From Phaeosaccion multiseriatum (taxonomy: Eukaryota; Protista; Ochrophyta, other classes): a stretch of 64,000 nucleotides of DNA. The stretch lies in contig OZ218951.1 in assembly GCA_965112735.1 (NCBI GenBank), positions 4,526,001 to 4,590,000 on the forward strand, given 5' to 3'. Of this stretch, positions 47,616 through 64,000 are shown one piece after another (within the stretch, counting starts at the first letter, position 1; the number at the start of each line of letters is the position of its first letter). The notes below the pieces were generated by a model. That model was not told the DNA's origin and made no database searches. It worked only from the letters and a program-made list of their open reading frames with translations. A program made the position numbers and the translations under genes.

Positions 47616-48940
47616 TCATGCCATCTCCTCCGCCACCTCCTGCAGCACCTCAGGGCTAAGCTCTCTCTGCGACACCTTCAGCCTTCCTTCCTTGCCAAAG
47701 AGACGGTCAGTGCCCCGCATCAGGTCCAACGCGCTTTGTGACGCGAAGTGATGCCTGTTCGCGGCCAGAAGGAGCTCTACAATACGGGCTTCATCGATAC
47801 ACCCTCGTGCCTGAGTCAGGGCCTTTGCCAGTGAGGCCCCTCCTGAGAGCAGCTCCAGCGCCGCCCCGCTGTGGCCCTGACTTGCCGCGATAGCCAAAGG
47901 CGTTGCAACAGCGTGTTTGCCCCCATTGTCAGGATCAGCCCCCACAGACAGCAGCACATGGATCACTGCCTCACGGCCCGCCTTAGCAGCCATGAGCAAA
48001 GCTGTGTACCCCTGAGAACACTGAATCTCCACATCGGCACCTCCTGAGACGAGTTCCTCCACGACACGAGCATAACCACAGTGAGATGCCAAGTGTATCG
48101 CTCCAGCCCCGGTACCACTGATCGCATTCACCTCTGCACCAGCCGTGAGCAGCTTTCGCAAAACACTTCGGTGTCCATTGGCAGACGCAAACATCAACGC
48201 AGTACTGCTCCTCTCAGTGCTACGCCTCTCGAGGTCAGCGCCGGCTGTGATGAGCTGATCCACCACAATGCCATGCCCTTTCTGGCTTGCCGCGCAAAGC
48301 GGGGACCATCCGCTGTGGACTCCCAAATTCACATCTGCCCCGGAGGTAAGCAGCAGCTGTGTGACCCTGTGACGTCCGTATCTTGCGGCAATGCACAAGG
48401 GGGTGCAGCCATTTGACGGGTTCAGAATATTCGGCGACGCCCCCTCTTGCAGCAAAAGAGCAATGATATCACCCCTCCCCTCTTCCACGGCTACGTGCAG
48501 GGCAGGAAGCCCTGTCTCATCGAGAGGCTCGTCCAAGCATGCCTTTCTCCCGCCGTTCTTAGCGACGACGCCCCTCACAGCCGCTTGCACCCTTTGGGCG
48601 CTCTCACCATTGGCGATGGCTTGAACCAGGCGGTTAGCCTGCAATAGCAAGAGGAGAGGGAGGGAGGGAGGGAGGGAGGGAGGGAGGGAGGGAGGGAGGG
48701 AGGGAGGGAGGGAGGGAGGGAGGGAGGGAGGGAGGGAGGGAGGGAGGGAGGGAGGGAGGGAGGGAGGGAGGGAGGGAGGGAGGGAGGGAGGGAGGGAGGG
48801 AGGGAGGGAGGGAGGGAAGAGAGGGGGTGAGGGAGGGAGACGTCGAGGAAAGGACAGGCGAAGGACTCCGTGTATGAACCCACCTCGCTACTGAAGGTCC
48901 TCTGCATGCTAAAGAAAGAGGTCGAGGAGGAGGAGCTCAT
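47616..48940 (-). CDS. Ankyrin-repeat protein (about 7 repeats), two exons
   Basis: Repeated G.TPL..AA..GH..V...LL..GAD motifs in ORF 47616-48650; short first exon MSSSSSTSFFSMQRTFSSE|GT upstream of a (GGGA)n intron. Confidence 0.92.
48655..48817. repeat. (GGGA)n microsatellite in the ankyrin gene intron
   Basis: Read directly. Confidence 0.97.
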
Positions 48941-49024
48941 ACAACGATACGTTTGCGCCAGGCTGTGATTTTGGCCGGAGGATCAACGCCAACAATCAAC
49001 ACCATCATTCTCTCTCTCTCTCTC

Positions 49025-52000
49025 ATGATGGTACGCTTTCACCGGAGGAGGGCTACACCAGCTACCAGTTTTCTGTTCACCGTGTGCTGCCTCACAGTAG
49101 CAGGTGAAGATTACGCGCGTGCGTCCGCCTTCTCAGGCATACTGAGCAGAAATGTGCAAAGGAGCAAATGGAGCAGCCGAACCAGGCAAAGAAGCAGTTC
49201 AGGGATGGTCAGCGGGCTGAGATGTGGTGGATGCTTGAGAGAGAGAAGAAGAATGAGAAGCAGCGGGTATGCCACTGCGGTGGGGACCAGAGGAGGGGCA
49301 GCGGCAGCGGCAGCTGCAGGAGAAGCAGCACTACCAGAGACAGAGATGCAAGCGGCGGAACCACAGGAAGCAGCAAGTGAGGCCGAGGAAGAATGTGATG
49401 ATGGCTATTCACCACCACGTAATCGCTCCCCGTATTGGAGCGGGAAAGAAAGCAGTAGCGTTGGTGATGATGAAATAGACGATCCCTTGGTCCCGGCGGG
49501 CGCTGTGGTGGTAGTGGACCCCTTCTGCGCCTACTTGGGTTGCAGGGCGATCGAGTGTATAGAGACCAAGGGCTATGTGGCGATACAGGTGCTCTCCGAC
49601 CATCTCTTTCACAGCATCGACTCCCCAGAGGGTTTGGAGCACATGCGAGCGCCAGAGGATGGGGAGGAGGGGCCGTGGGCAGCGAACCTACCCTTCCCCA
49701 TCGTGGGAGTGCTGTGCGAGTCCGACTCGGGCCTGGAGACAGCTGAGAGGCTTTCCTCTACCCTATTGCAGAGACAGGGCACGGAGTACTCAAACGGCGG
49801 CTGGCGACCGATCGAAGTGGCACAGGATGCAGTCTCTGAACCGCCGCCTGCGCCATCATTACCTTCGGACGGCAGCAGACGGAGGCGGACAGAGGCAGAG
49901 GTAGAGTTACACGACGACGACGACAGGGAGGATGTGCAGACTGGCGCTGCTGGTCCTGATGTGGGCCTGGAAGGAGGTCGGCGGGCTGGGGTGGTGACGC
50001 AGCACGTGAACGAGGCGAGGAGGAACAAGTATCTCATGAATGAGGCGCTGAGAGAGAGCGGCCTCCAGGCAGTCAGACAGGTCAGTCAGTCAGGAAAGAG
50101 TGAGGGAAGGAAGGAAGGAAGGAAGGAAGGAAGGAAGGAGGGAAGGAAGGAAGACAGGTAGGCAGAAGAGGAAGCTGAGGAGGGGGGGGAGAGGGAGGGG
50201 AGGGGGGGGGGGAGGGGAAAGCTCAGTGGGGGTACGACTTCAATACCCAAGGGAAAAGAGGAGTAGCCGAAAGAGAGAGGGGCAGGTACTCATTCATCTA
50301 GGCGACCAATAACACATCGACGCCCCCGCCCCGCCCCCACCCCCTGCCTTGCTGTGGATGGTGCAGATGAAAACCGGTGACTGGGACGCCGCAGAGGCGT
50401 TCCTCAAGACCTTACCTCCCACCGCAGCAGCAACAGATGGTGATACAACAGCAGCAGTAGTTGGCGAAACAACATCAACAGAGACCGTTTCTGCGGTGGT
50501 GAAACCGCTGCGGGGGTGCGGCAGTGTGCAGGTGAGTGAGGATACCTAATTAACATGCGACAGCAGAGGGCAGAGATGGCAGCAGAAGACAGAGCGCTTT
50601 GCAGAAGAGACGGCTGCGTGACTGAGCTTTGCTTGGAGGGTGAAGAGTTCTCCTTCCTCCCTCCCTCACTCACCCACTCCACTCTTGCTGCGACTGTTGT
50701 GCTTGTGCTTACTGTTTGTCCGATGACTCCCTCCCACTCCACTCTGTCGGCTGTCGTCCGTCGTCCCTCGCTTCGCCCACGGCTCCTCGACCCACTCACC
50801 ACCACCAAACACTTGTAACGCTTGTAACGCTTGTAACGCTTGTAACGCTTGTAACGCACCAAGGTGTTCCTGTGCGAGTCGATGGGGGAGGCGAAGGATG
50901 CCTTCGAAGCCGTCCTTCACTCTTCGGTCTACGGCACCGCAGGCGCAAAGGTGTGAGGAGGATCCTTCTCCCTTTCCCTCTCTCTGTCTCTCTCTCTCTC
51001 TCTTTCCCTCTCCCTTCCTCTCTCTCCCTCTCTCTCCTCACTTGTCCATGCCTCTGCTGGGAAAGTGCTCATCCTCTGAATCCCCCCCCCCCCCGCCCGC
51101 CCTCCCCTCTGACAGAGGCACGAGGAGGTGCTGCTGCAAGAGCGTCTCGTGGGGCAAGAGTATGTGGTGGATACGGTCAGCAGGGGAGGCAAACACAAGG
51201 TGCTTAGACTTGGGGGGGGGGGGTGACCCAATGAAGGGAGGCCGGCCCTCGTGGCATGCCTCTTCTCTCTCTTTGGCTATACATGTATGCACAATGGGAA
51301 TAGGCGTCTCGCCATACCCAGAGTCTTTTTCCTACCATATATACCATAGCGATTTCACCCCCGCCCCCCCCATCCACTGCCATCCCCCCCTCTCTCTCTC
51401 AGGTGATGGCTGTGTGGGCCTACGACAAACGTGCTGTGAACGGCGCCCCCTTTGTGTACCACGCAGTGACTCTGCAGCAGGTGGGGAGAGAAGTGGGGGG
51501 CAGCGAGGAGGAGAGCCCAAGCAGCAGCCCAAGCCTAAGCAGCTCAAGCTCAAACACTAGAGTCACAGATGGCCCGGTGCGGAGGGTGGTGGAATACGCT
51601 CGCTCGGCTCTGGACGCTCTCAAGGTCACCTCGGGGCCTGCCCACATTGAGATCATCTTCACTGAGGATAGGTACGTACAAGTTACGTACGTACACACGT
51701 ACGTACGCACTCATTTTGTTTTGTGGTTGCTCGCTTGCCTTACTTAACTGACTTAACTCGCTTGGCTTACTGATCTTACTTAGCTCGCTTTGTTTCTCTC
51801 TCTCCCTCGCTCGCTCATCCCCTGTCCATCCGTTGTCGTGTGAGGGCAGAGGGCCGGTGCTCGTGGAGGTGAACTGCCGATGGCACTTGACGGACTTTGC
51901 TCCCCTGTGTCAAGAGTGTATGGGCTGTGATGCCGTTGAGAGCAGCGTCGATGCCCTGCTTGCCCCACAGCTCTTTGACGCGCTGCCGGACGAGGTGCGT

Positions 52001-52698
52001 GCGTGCGTGCGTGCGTGCGTGCGTGAGTAGGAGGGAGAGGAAGGAGGCTTGCGTGGTGGCTTGCGTTGATTGGCTTGTTGGTCGGGTAGGGAGGGAGGGA
52101 GGGAGGGGGTCAGGAAGAGGACGGCTTCAAGAAGGAATTCCACCCAGCTCACTCACCCTCTTCTCGTTCCGCCGGCCTGCCGGCCTGCCTTTGGTGTGGC
52201 TGCTTCCTCCCCCCCGCCGGCCCCGCGCCGCCTCTCTTCATACTCACACGCACACTCGCACTCACTCCCATCCAATCAATCAACCCGCCCACGCCCACCA
52301 ACGCAACCCACCCAACCACCCTACCCAACCAACCCTACCCACCCCAACCTAACCCACCACAACCCTCTCCTCCCCCCGTCCAGCCTGTAAAGCTGAACAA
52401 GCAAGGCCGCGTCGTGCATCTAGTGTGCCACTCCGAAGGGGTGAGAGAGGGCCCCACGCGTCACATTGCCGAGATTGAGGCAATGGACAGTTACAGAAGC
52501 CACTCCATCTACCCTCGCTTCGATCAAGAGGGGTTAGCCGTTACACCCACGATGGACATTACATCGGACGCCGGTTGGGTGCGGCTGTGTCACGAGAAGG
52601 GTGAGGTGGTGGAGAGGGACTACGACCGCATTGTGACCTTGCAAAAAGACATGTTTCCGGTGCTGGAGGAGGGCACGGACGAGAGTGGACGGGAGTGA
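49025..52698 (+). CDS. ATP-grasp domain protein (L-amino-acid-ligase-like) with bipartite plastid targeting signal, multi-exon
   Basis: Signal ..FLFTVCCLTVAG..ASA-F; VVVVDPF, CESDSGLETAERL, ARRNKYLMNEAL, VVKPLRGCGS|VFLC, LLQERLVGQEYVVD, GPAHIEII, GPVLVEVNCR; stop at 52698. Confidence 0.88.
50813..50857. repeat. (TTGTAACGC)x5 directly upstream of a splice acceptor
   Basis: Read directly; acceptor AAG at 50861-50863. Confidence 0.9.
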
Positions 52699-53186
52699 CT
52701 GACTGACTGACTGACTGGACTGACTGACTGACTGACTGACTGACTGACTGACTAACTAACTGGCTGGCTGACCTTGTGATGGCATGAATGGGATGAATGA
52801 ATGAACGAACGAACAAACGAAACGAAAAAGTAATGAAATGTTTTATTTCGTTGGTTTATTTATTTGTGGAGTTTACACACTTCACACGCACGCTCCCCCC
52901 CTTCATCCATCCACCCACCCATCCGTCCACCCACCCACACGCAAGCGGCGGTGCCCCTCCTATCTGCATGTGCTGTTGCTGCAATATCACCAACTGCTTA
53001 TGCTGCTGTATCACCAACTGCTACCGCTGCTAGATCGCCAACTGCTGCCGCGGCGGCTGCTGCTACTGTGGGCCTCACTTAGACTCCTCCTACGCTCGCC
53101 ATAGGAGGTAGAGTGGGGTGGGGTGGGGTGGGGGGCATGTGTGTGTGTGCGTCCGTATGTACGTGCGTGTACGTGCGTGCGTTGGC

Positions 53187-57402
<4,216 letters not shown>

Positions 57403-57563
57403 GCTTGTGTGTCAAGAGAGAAGTTTTTATGGTGTTGCGAATTGGAATTGGCGTTTCGCAATGTCGACTCGACTTTATTTATCGGTGTCGTACCCCCATT
57501 CCATTTCTTCTTCTCCCCCTTCTTTCCACCTCAACATCTCTCCCTGCCATCCACCCCCCCCCC

Positions 57564-57638
<75 letters not shown>

Positions 57639-58079
57639 TCTCAGTTTGGTGATTCCTATGAAGTCAGTAAGTCAATAAATACATCCCATTGCGCCGCCTT
57701 TCCATGCAGAAGCCGTCAGTAGCGAGGTAATCGGGAGGTAATCGATCTTTGTTAAGGTCTAATAAACTGAACTCTTCAACGGATCTTATCGATAGACACA
57801 TGCCTTTGCGGAAACCCTATCTACCTCACACGAACGCTTCCAAGAAGTTCGTGTGGCTTAGTCCGGAGTCTAGAAGTCTAGTAAGAACGGCAGCACCGAC
57901 AAGCACCAAATCCTTTGCCTTGCGTCTCCCTCCTTTTCCTCTCCCCTCTCTCCTCTCTCTACTCACTACCCTCAACTCACTGAGCCTGTCCCCTCCTCTT
58001 CTGCCCCCCCCCCCTCTCCTCCGCTCCTCTTCTCTTCCCCAAAGCAAGACAAGCAAAGCAAGCCAAGTAAGTAAGTAAG

Positions 58080-61000
58080 TCAACGACTGCCGGTCGATGG
58101 AGCCCCGCTGTCAGCCGACAACATGCTCAGCTGGCAGCGAGGCACTGTGAGCAGGACCCCCCCGGAGAGAGGAGGAGCACGCCTCTGCCTCTGCCGCTGC
58201 CGCTGCTGTGTAACCAACTGCTGCTGCACGCCTTCCCCGGTAGACGGGGCGCGCATCCTCTTCATCCTTGCGCAACCTCCCAAAGGAGCATGGCTGCCTG
58301 TGAAAGTCCCGTCCTTTGCGCATGACAACAAGGACGACGACGACAACAAAGAGGCCGAGAGGGAGGAGGCGGACGAGGAAGAACCCCTCTTGAAAACCTT
58401 CCTACTCGCCTCCGCTGGCTTCCTCTTCTTCCTCTTCCTCTTCTCCTGCGCTTCACCACCACCAGCCTCCATCTCATCCTCGTCCTCGTCTTGCTCTTGC
58501 TTCTCCTCCTCATCATAGGATTCGGCCATTGTGCCACTGCCACTGCTGCTCACCGCTGCGGGTGGGGGGCTGCTGCTGCTCCGGTCCTCAGCCTCGACGA
58601 CTTTGATCAATTCGATCCCTTCGTCATCATCATCATCATCATCAACAACGTCATCTTCTTCCCCTCCGCCCTCCCCTTGCTGTATCACCAACTGCTCCTG
58701 CTCCTCCTGCTGCTGATGTGCCGCCAGTGCTTTGGCGACCTTCGCTTCCTTTTTGGCCTTCCTCCTTGACGCCTTCTCCTCGGGAGTCTCTCGCGCCTTC
58801 ATTTCCTGCTTTGCCTTCCTTCGCGACTCTTTCTCTTTTCTCCGCATTTCCTCCTTATCCTCCTCCTCATTCTCTTGCTCCGTCTCCACCCCATCCTGTT
58901 CCTCCTCCAACACCACTACCACCACCTCACTATCCTCCTCCTTCCTCTTCTCCTCCACCGCCTCCTTCTCCTGCTCCTCCTCCTCCTTCTCCTCTTCCTC
59001 CTTCTCCTCCTCGTCCTCCTCCTCCTCCTCCTCCTTCTCCTCCTCCTTTTCCTCATTCTTTGCCTTCCTTCGTGCCTTACTCCGCCTTCTCTGCTTGAGG
59101 TCCTCCTCCTTCTCCTCCCCTCCCTCCTTCTTCTCCTCTACCTCCTCCTCGTGGACCTCCTCCTCCTTCTCCTCCTCCGTCACCGCATACTCCTCCTCCA
59201 CCATCACCTCGTCCTCTGCTTTCTCCGCCCCTTCCTCCTCCCCTCCTCCCTCCTCCTCCTCGGCCTCGTCTTCCTCCATTTTCTCCTCTTGTTTCTCTCC
59301 CTCCTCCTCCTCCTCCTCCTCCTCCTCCCCACCCCCCCCCCCCTCCTCCGCCTTCGCCCCATCACCGACGTTGCCCTCTCCTAGAGAAGATAGTGCTTTG
59401 GGTGGTGTGAGCGTTGCCTTGGGCCTCCTTCGCTTGGCGCTGTACTCAAGAATGGCCCGTGCATCGTCCTCTTCACCCCCATCCCCGTGCACGACGGGCC
59501 TGCTCAGCCCCAGCGCATCCCTCTTGCGCTTCTCCTTCTGCGCGGCAACGCCATCTGTGACCACGCTGCTGCCCATATGACTGCTGCTGTTGCTACAACT
59601 GCCACTCCTACTACTGCTGCTGCTGCTGCCACTGCTGCTGCTAGTGGTGCTGGTGATGGTGGTGGTGGTGATGGTGGTTCCAGCTCTCTTCTTTCTCTTC
59701 TCCTGAGGCTCCTCCCCAGCAACATCGCTGGCTTGGTGGGCTTCTCCTGCTGTGGCGCCTTTGAGTTGCCTCTTCTTCTTCTTCTTCTTCTTGCTGTCCA
59801 TACTCTGCTCCTCCTCCTCGACCTTCTCATGCTCCTCTCTGGCATCAGTAACAGCAATGGTCGCACCATCACCATCACCATCACCAGCACCGCCAGCAGC
59901 AGCAGCAGTGGCTGCCCTGGCCTTTGCCTTCCCCGCTGCCCTCAGCTTCACTTTCATGGACTCTGGAAGCTGAAAGGGACGGGACAGGCAAATGATAGAC
60001 CACGGAAGCAAATAACATACAAACAAAGCAAAAGCGAGGATTAGTTTTGTTACGAAGAGTCCAAGCGTAAGCTTTGTCTGCCTGCATACGCCAGTAAACG
60101 GCCCCCCAGGATGGCAGCAAACGGGGAATGAATGGATGGATGGATGGATGGATGGATGGATGGATGGATGGATGGATGGATGGATGGATGGATGGATGGA
60201 TGGATGGATGGATGGATGGATGGATGGATGGATGGATGGATGGATGGATGGATGGATGGATAGATGGATGGATGGATGGATGGATGGATGGATGGATGGA
60301 TGGATGGATGGCCGGATGGATGGATGGATGGATGGATGGATGGCCGGATGGATGGATGGATGGATTCTCTTTTCAGGGTGCTGCTCTCTCACTCCGCTTG
60401 AGCTGCTGGAGCGTTTCGACACCGATGTATAGTATATACGTCGAGAATGTGACGACTCGTAGCTGGGTCAATAAACTGACACGGATACTGTACTCTCACT
60501 CACGCACTCACCTCCAGCGTGCTCAACTCCAGCTCTGAAAAGAGCCCCTCCTTGAGACAATTGTCGTATATCCTGGCATGTACACGTTCGATGGTTAGCT
60601 CCTCATGCGTCTTGAACAGGCCGCTCACGCTGCTGGGCTGGGGATGTAGTAGGTGGGGGGTGGGGGGGGGGAGGAGGGAGAGGGGCAGGGGAAGGGGGAA
60701 GGGGAGGAGAAGGAAGCCAGGCTCAGTGAGAGTCACGTGCCAAGTACCATCAAGTACTTTCTCCATCTTTATAGTATGTCTGTCCCGTCTATCTACTTGT
60801 CTATCCACCCACCGATCCGTCTGTCATCTATCTTGATATCTATCCAATCTATCCATCTTTCCATCCATCCATCTATCCATCTCTGTCTACCAATCTGTAG
60901 TGTATCCACGTATCCATCTTTCTATCCACTCACTCACTCATGCCCTCACGTACTCACTCATCCACTCACCCACTCACTCACTCACTACGATAACTGATTC

Positions 61001-62394
61001 ACTCACTCCCTCCCTCCCTCCCTCCCTCCCTCACTCACTCACTCACTCACTCACTCACTCACTCACTCACTCACTCACACACTCACTCATTGACCCACCC
61101 GCCCACCCACCCACCCACTCACTCACTCACTCTCTCATCGACCCACCCGCCCACCCACTCACTCACTCACTCACTCACCTGGAGCACGTAGTGAGTGACT
61201 TGTCGAAAGGCGGCGTCTTCCTCCGACACAGGCTCATCAATGGGCTCTCCGTCCTCGCTGTGGCCCTTGTAGGAGAAGACCTTCTTAACCTGTTGGTGAT
61301 ACAGGGAAGGGAGGGGAGGAAAGGGAAAGTTCAGCCCCTTCTCATCTTGATTGATAGTACTGATAAAGCAAAGTCCAACTGAGCTGTTCACAAGTGAAAC
61401 TGCCACTCCCATCCAATGCCATCCGCACCGTGTGGTCGTCCTTGACACAGATGTTGCGGTCGAGCTTGAGGAAGCTCGTCATGCGCTCGCGGCCCTCCTT
61501 CCCGTACACCTGAAGGGAGGAATAGAAAGGGGCGCAAGGGAGCAGAAGGCAACTGAGAAGGAAGCAAAATGGGAGAACCCTAATTCCTGGTGCTCCTCAG
61601 AGCAGTCGTGATCGCGGTCGTAACCGTCAACCCCGACTATCCTCCCTCCTCCTCCTCCATCCCCCCCCCCCCTCCACGTCCTCCTCCTCCATCGTACCTC
61701 TAGCACTCGTCTCTCTACAATGGCCAGGCTCTTGGCCCCCGTGCTGGCCTCGTACAGCTGAATGGTGTCCCCTGCCCTCAGGGGGACGTTACTCCTCTCC
61801 AGCTCACTCTTCTTGGGCTGAGCACTGAACCACACAGTAGGCGCCTTCGAGGAGGGTGAGGAGGAGGTGTCCGAGGGCTCCTGCGATTGTTGATGGTGGT
61901 GGTCGTGGTGGTGGTTTTCGAGAGAAAAAAAAACAAAAAAAACGAACAAGAGGCAAAGTGGCATGTGTTGTTTAGTGTTGTGTTGTGGGTGGGTGCGTGC
62001 GTGCGTGGGGGAGGAGGAGCAGGAGGCCCAACAACCTTCCCCCTTTCCCTCCATTATCTTCCTCTCTCTCTCTTCTCCCTCTTTCTCCATCTCCCTCTCT
62101 CCCTCCCTCTCTCTCATTCTTCTCTCCCTTTCTCTCCCTCTCTTATCTCTCTCTCCTTTCGTGTTCTCTCACCTTGCCCGAGCCTCCGTTCCCGTCGTTG
62201 TCGACCCCCCCTCTCTCCTCTCTCTCCTCTTTCTCCTCCTCCTCGACCCTACGCTGCTCCTCCTGCTTGGGGCCCAGGCAAGGAAAGCAAGGCAAGCAAG
62301 GCAAGCACGAGCAAAGCCAGTGAAGAAGCAAGCAACAAACAAGCAAGGCAGAGACAAGGCAGCTAGCCAGCGGACGGGACGGACACACAGATAC

Positions 62395-62445
<51 letters not shown>

Positions 62446-64000
62446 CACGCACGCACGCACACACACACGCACGCACGCACCTCTGCCTCCTGCTCTGCCT
62501 TGCGCTCCTCCTCCAGCCGCTGCTGCTCCTTCTTGTCCCTCCTTTCTGTGGCCGCCTTGAGCCACTCAGCAGCCACAGAGAGTGTCTCTTGCACTTGCTT
62601 GGCCGACAGCTTTGAGGGGTTCTTGCCCTTGGCCGAGCACCGCTTCTTGAAGGCCTGGGAGGGTGTGACAGTCGGGGAGGGTAAAAGGTTAGTAGCCGTA
62701 GACAGGTAGGTAAGTGGGGCAGTTGGGAAGGGGGGGAGGTAGGGAGATGGGTAGGGTAGTAGGTTGGCGTGAGGGGACGGCCCTGTGTGGGAGGCAACAC
62801 GCGGTAACTCTCTCTTTCTCTTCCTCTCTCTTTAACTACATTGCCCACAACCCCCCCCCCCCTTCTCACCTTGACACCTGCCTCGGACCAGCAAGAGGGG
62901 TCCTCTCCCTCCTCGGCCTGGTAGTTGAAGGGCTTGACGGAGTCCACCGACACCGATTCGTACAAGTCCCTCACTTTGTCGCCCCTGTGAGTCGACAAGT
63001 GTCCATACGAATGAATCAATTAATGAAGGATTTGAATGAGTATGTGAATGGTGGGGTACCGTTGTCTTCAAAAGGAAGAGCCAGAGCTGGTCTTCATCAC
63101 ACAGTCGGGGGTGGGAGAGAGGGAAGGAGGGGGCTGGACTGACAGGATGCCCGTCGCGCAATGGGTGAGTGCGTGCGTGCGGTCTACACGGAAACTTGGC
63201 AACTTACACTTTGGCTCTGTAGGGGATGTACTTCCAGTAGCCTTTGCCCTCCTCGGGCTCTTCCTCCTGCAGGAAGAGAAGCTCCGTCCCCCATATTCTC
63301 CTGTATAGAGCGGGCACACACACATACACACACACACACACACACAATGTGGTACATCAGGGGGGGGGCAGGGGAGAGATGCTTGGGTGTGATGCATGGA
63401 CACAGAGGGACAAGCAGGGTGGTGTGATAGGATGAGTAACGTCGATTCAAGTCCACAGCGTTCGGGTCGAGATGGGTGAGGAGGCCTCCGCGTCTCCTTG
63501 GTTTCCGCGCCCCTTCCCATGCCCCTTCCTGGCCCTTCCTCCTCCGTCTCTACACCCTTCCTCTCCTCGTCCTTCCTCTTCCGGTCCTTGTTCCCGACGC
63601 CTGTTTCCCTCCCCCAAGCCCCACCCCACCCCTTTCCCGCTTCGTGCAGCCCTTTACAGAGAGACAGGAAGAGATGCCAAGCGAACAAATCCAAGAAAAA
63701 GCTCACAAGGCTCCCTCCCTCTCTCTCTCACCCACTCACTCACCTTGCCGGGTATGCCTCCAGCCACCCAAAGTCTTCTGGCTGCGCCTTGTGCACCCAC
63801 TGATCTCCCTTGCTCAGCCTCTCCCAGTCTTCCCGATACTCTTTGGCGAGCGCTTTCTTGCGCTTCTCCTTGTCAGAGACCTGCTTGCTCGCTCCTGCTC
63901 CTCCCCTTCCTGCTCCTGCTCCTGCTGCCAAGTTGCCTCCATCCCACTCTCCCTCGTCTTCGTCGTCCTTTCCGTCATCTACCCGAGGCCTTTTCTTCTC
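58080..64000 (-). CDS. Large hypothetical protein with acidic/Lys-rich low-complexity C-terminus; 5' end beyond the window
   Basis: Chain of GT-AG-bounded open exons (~63744-64000, 62870-62985, 62480-62655, 61699-61890, 61385-61510, 61180-61290, 60510-60635, 60393-60460) leading into the long Glu/Lys-rich exon 58080-59969. No domain recognised. Confidence 0.55.
60128..60365. repeat. (GGAT)n microsatellite, intronic
   Basis: Read directly; it creates the artefactual HPSI run in ORF 58080-60422. Confidence 0.97.

Overview
Eukaryotic nuclear DNA: GT-AG introns packed with microsatellites, and signal peptide + ASAFAP-like F motifs that point to an ochrophyte (stramenopile) alga. About 13 protein-coding genes can be reconstructed by hand: IMPACT (partial), PIMT/PCMT, type II pantothenate kinase, a TKL-like kinase, a BT1 folate-biopterin transporter, a PPR-TrmB fusion, a hypothetical protein, an intronless PPR-SMR, plastid SRP54, a RING/TRAF-zinc-finger membrane protein, an ankyrin protein (with two degenerate paralogues), a plastid-targeted ATP-grasp enzyme, a TPR protein, and a large low-complexity protein (partial). 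The most unusual part is 2430-4840. It is an intron-containing composite of a USP deubiquitinase fragment, a decayed Fanzor/TnpB-like RuvC-zinc-ribbon nuclease and an ankyrin pseudogene, and it carries three long fold-back hairpins built from the USP and Fanzor coding sequence. The hairpin arms differ mostly at synonymous sites, so this is a candidate hairpin-RNA silencing locus against a Fanzor-bearing mobile element. Also notable are a PPR-SMR with DNA-homogenised repeats that vary at the base-specifying residues, and the 12-mer TTGGTGATACAG, present as 10 exact copies plus variants in exons and introns. All exon boundaries and family calls are by eye; no database search was run.
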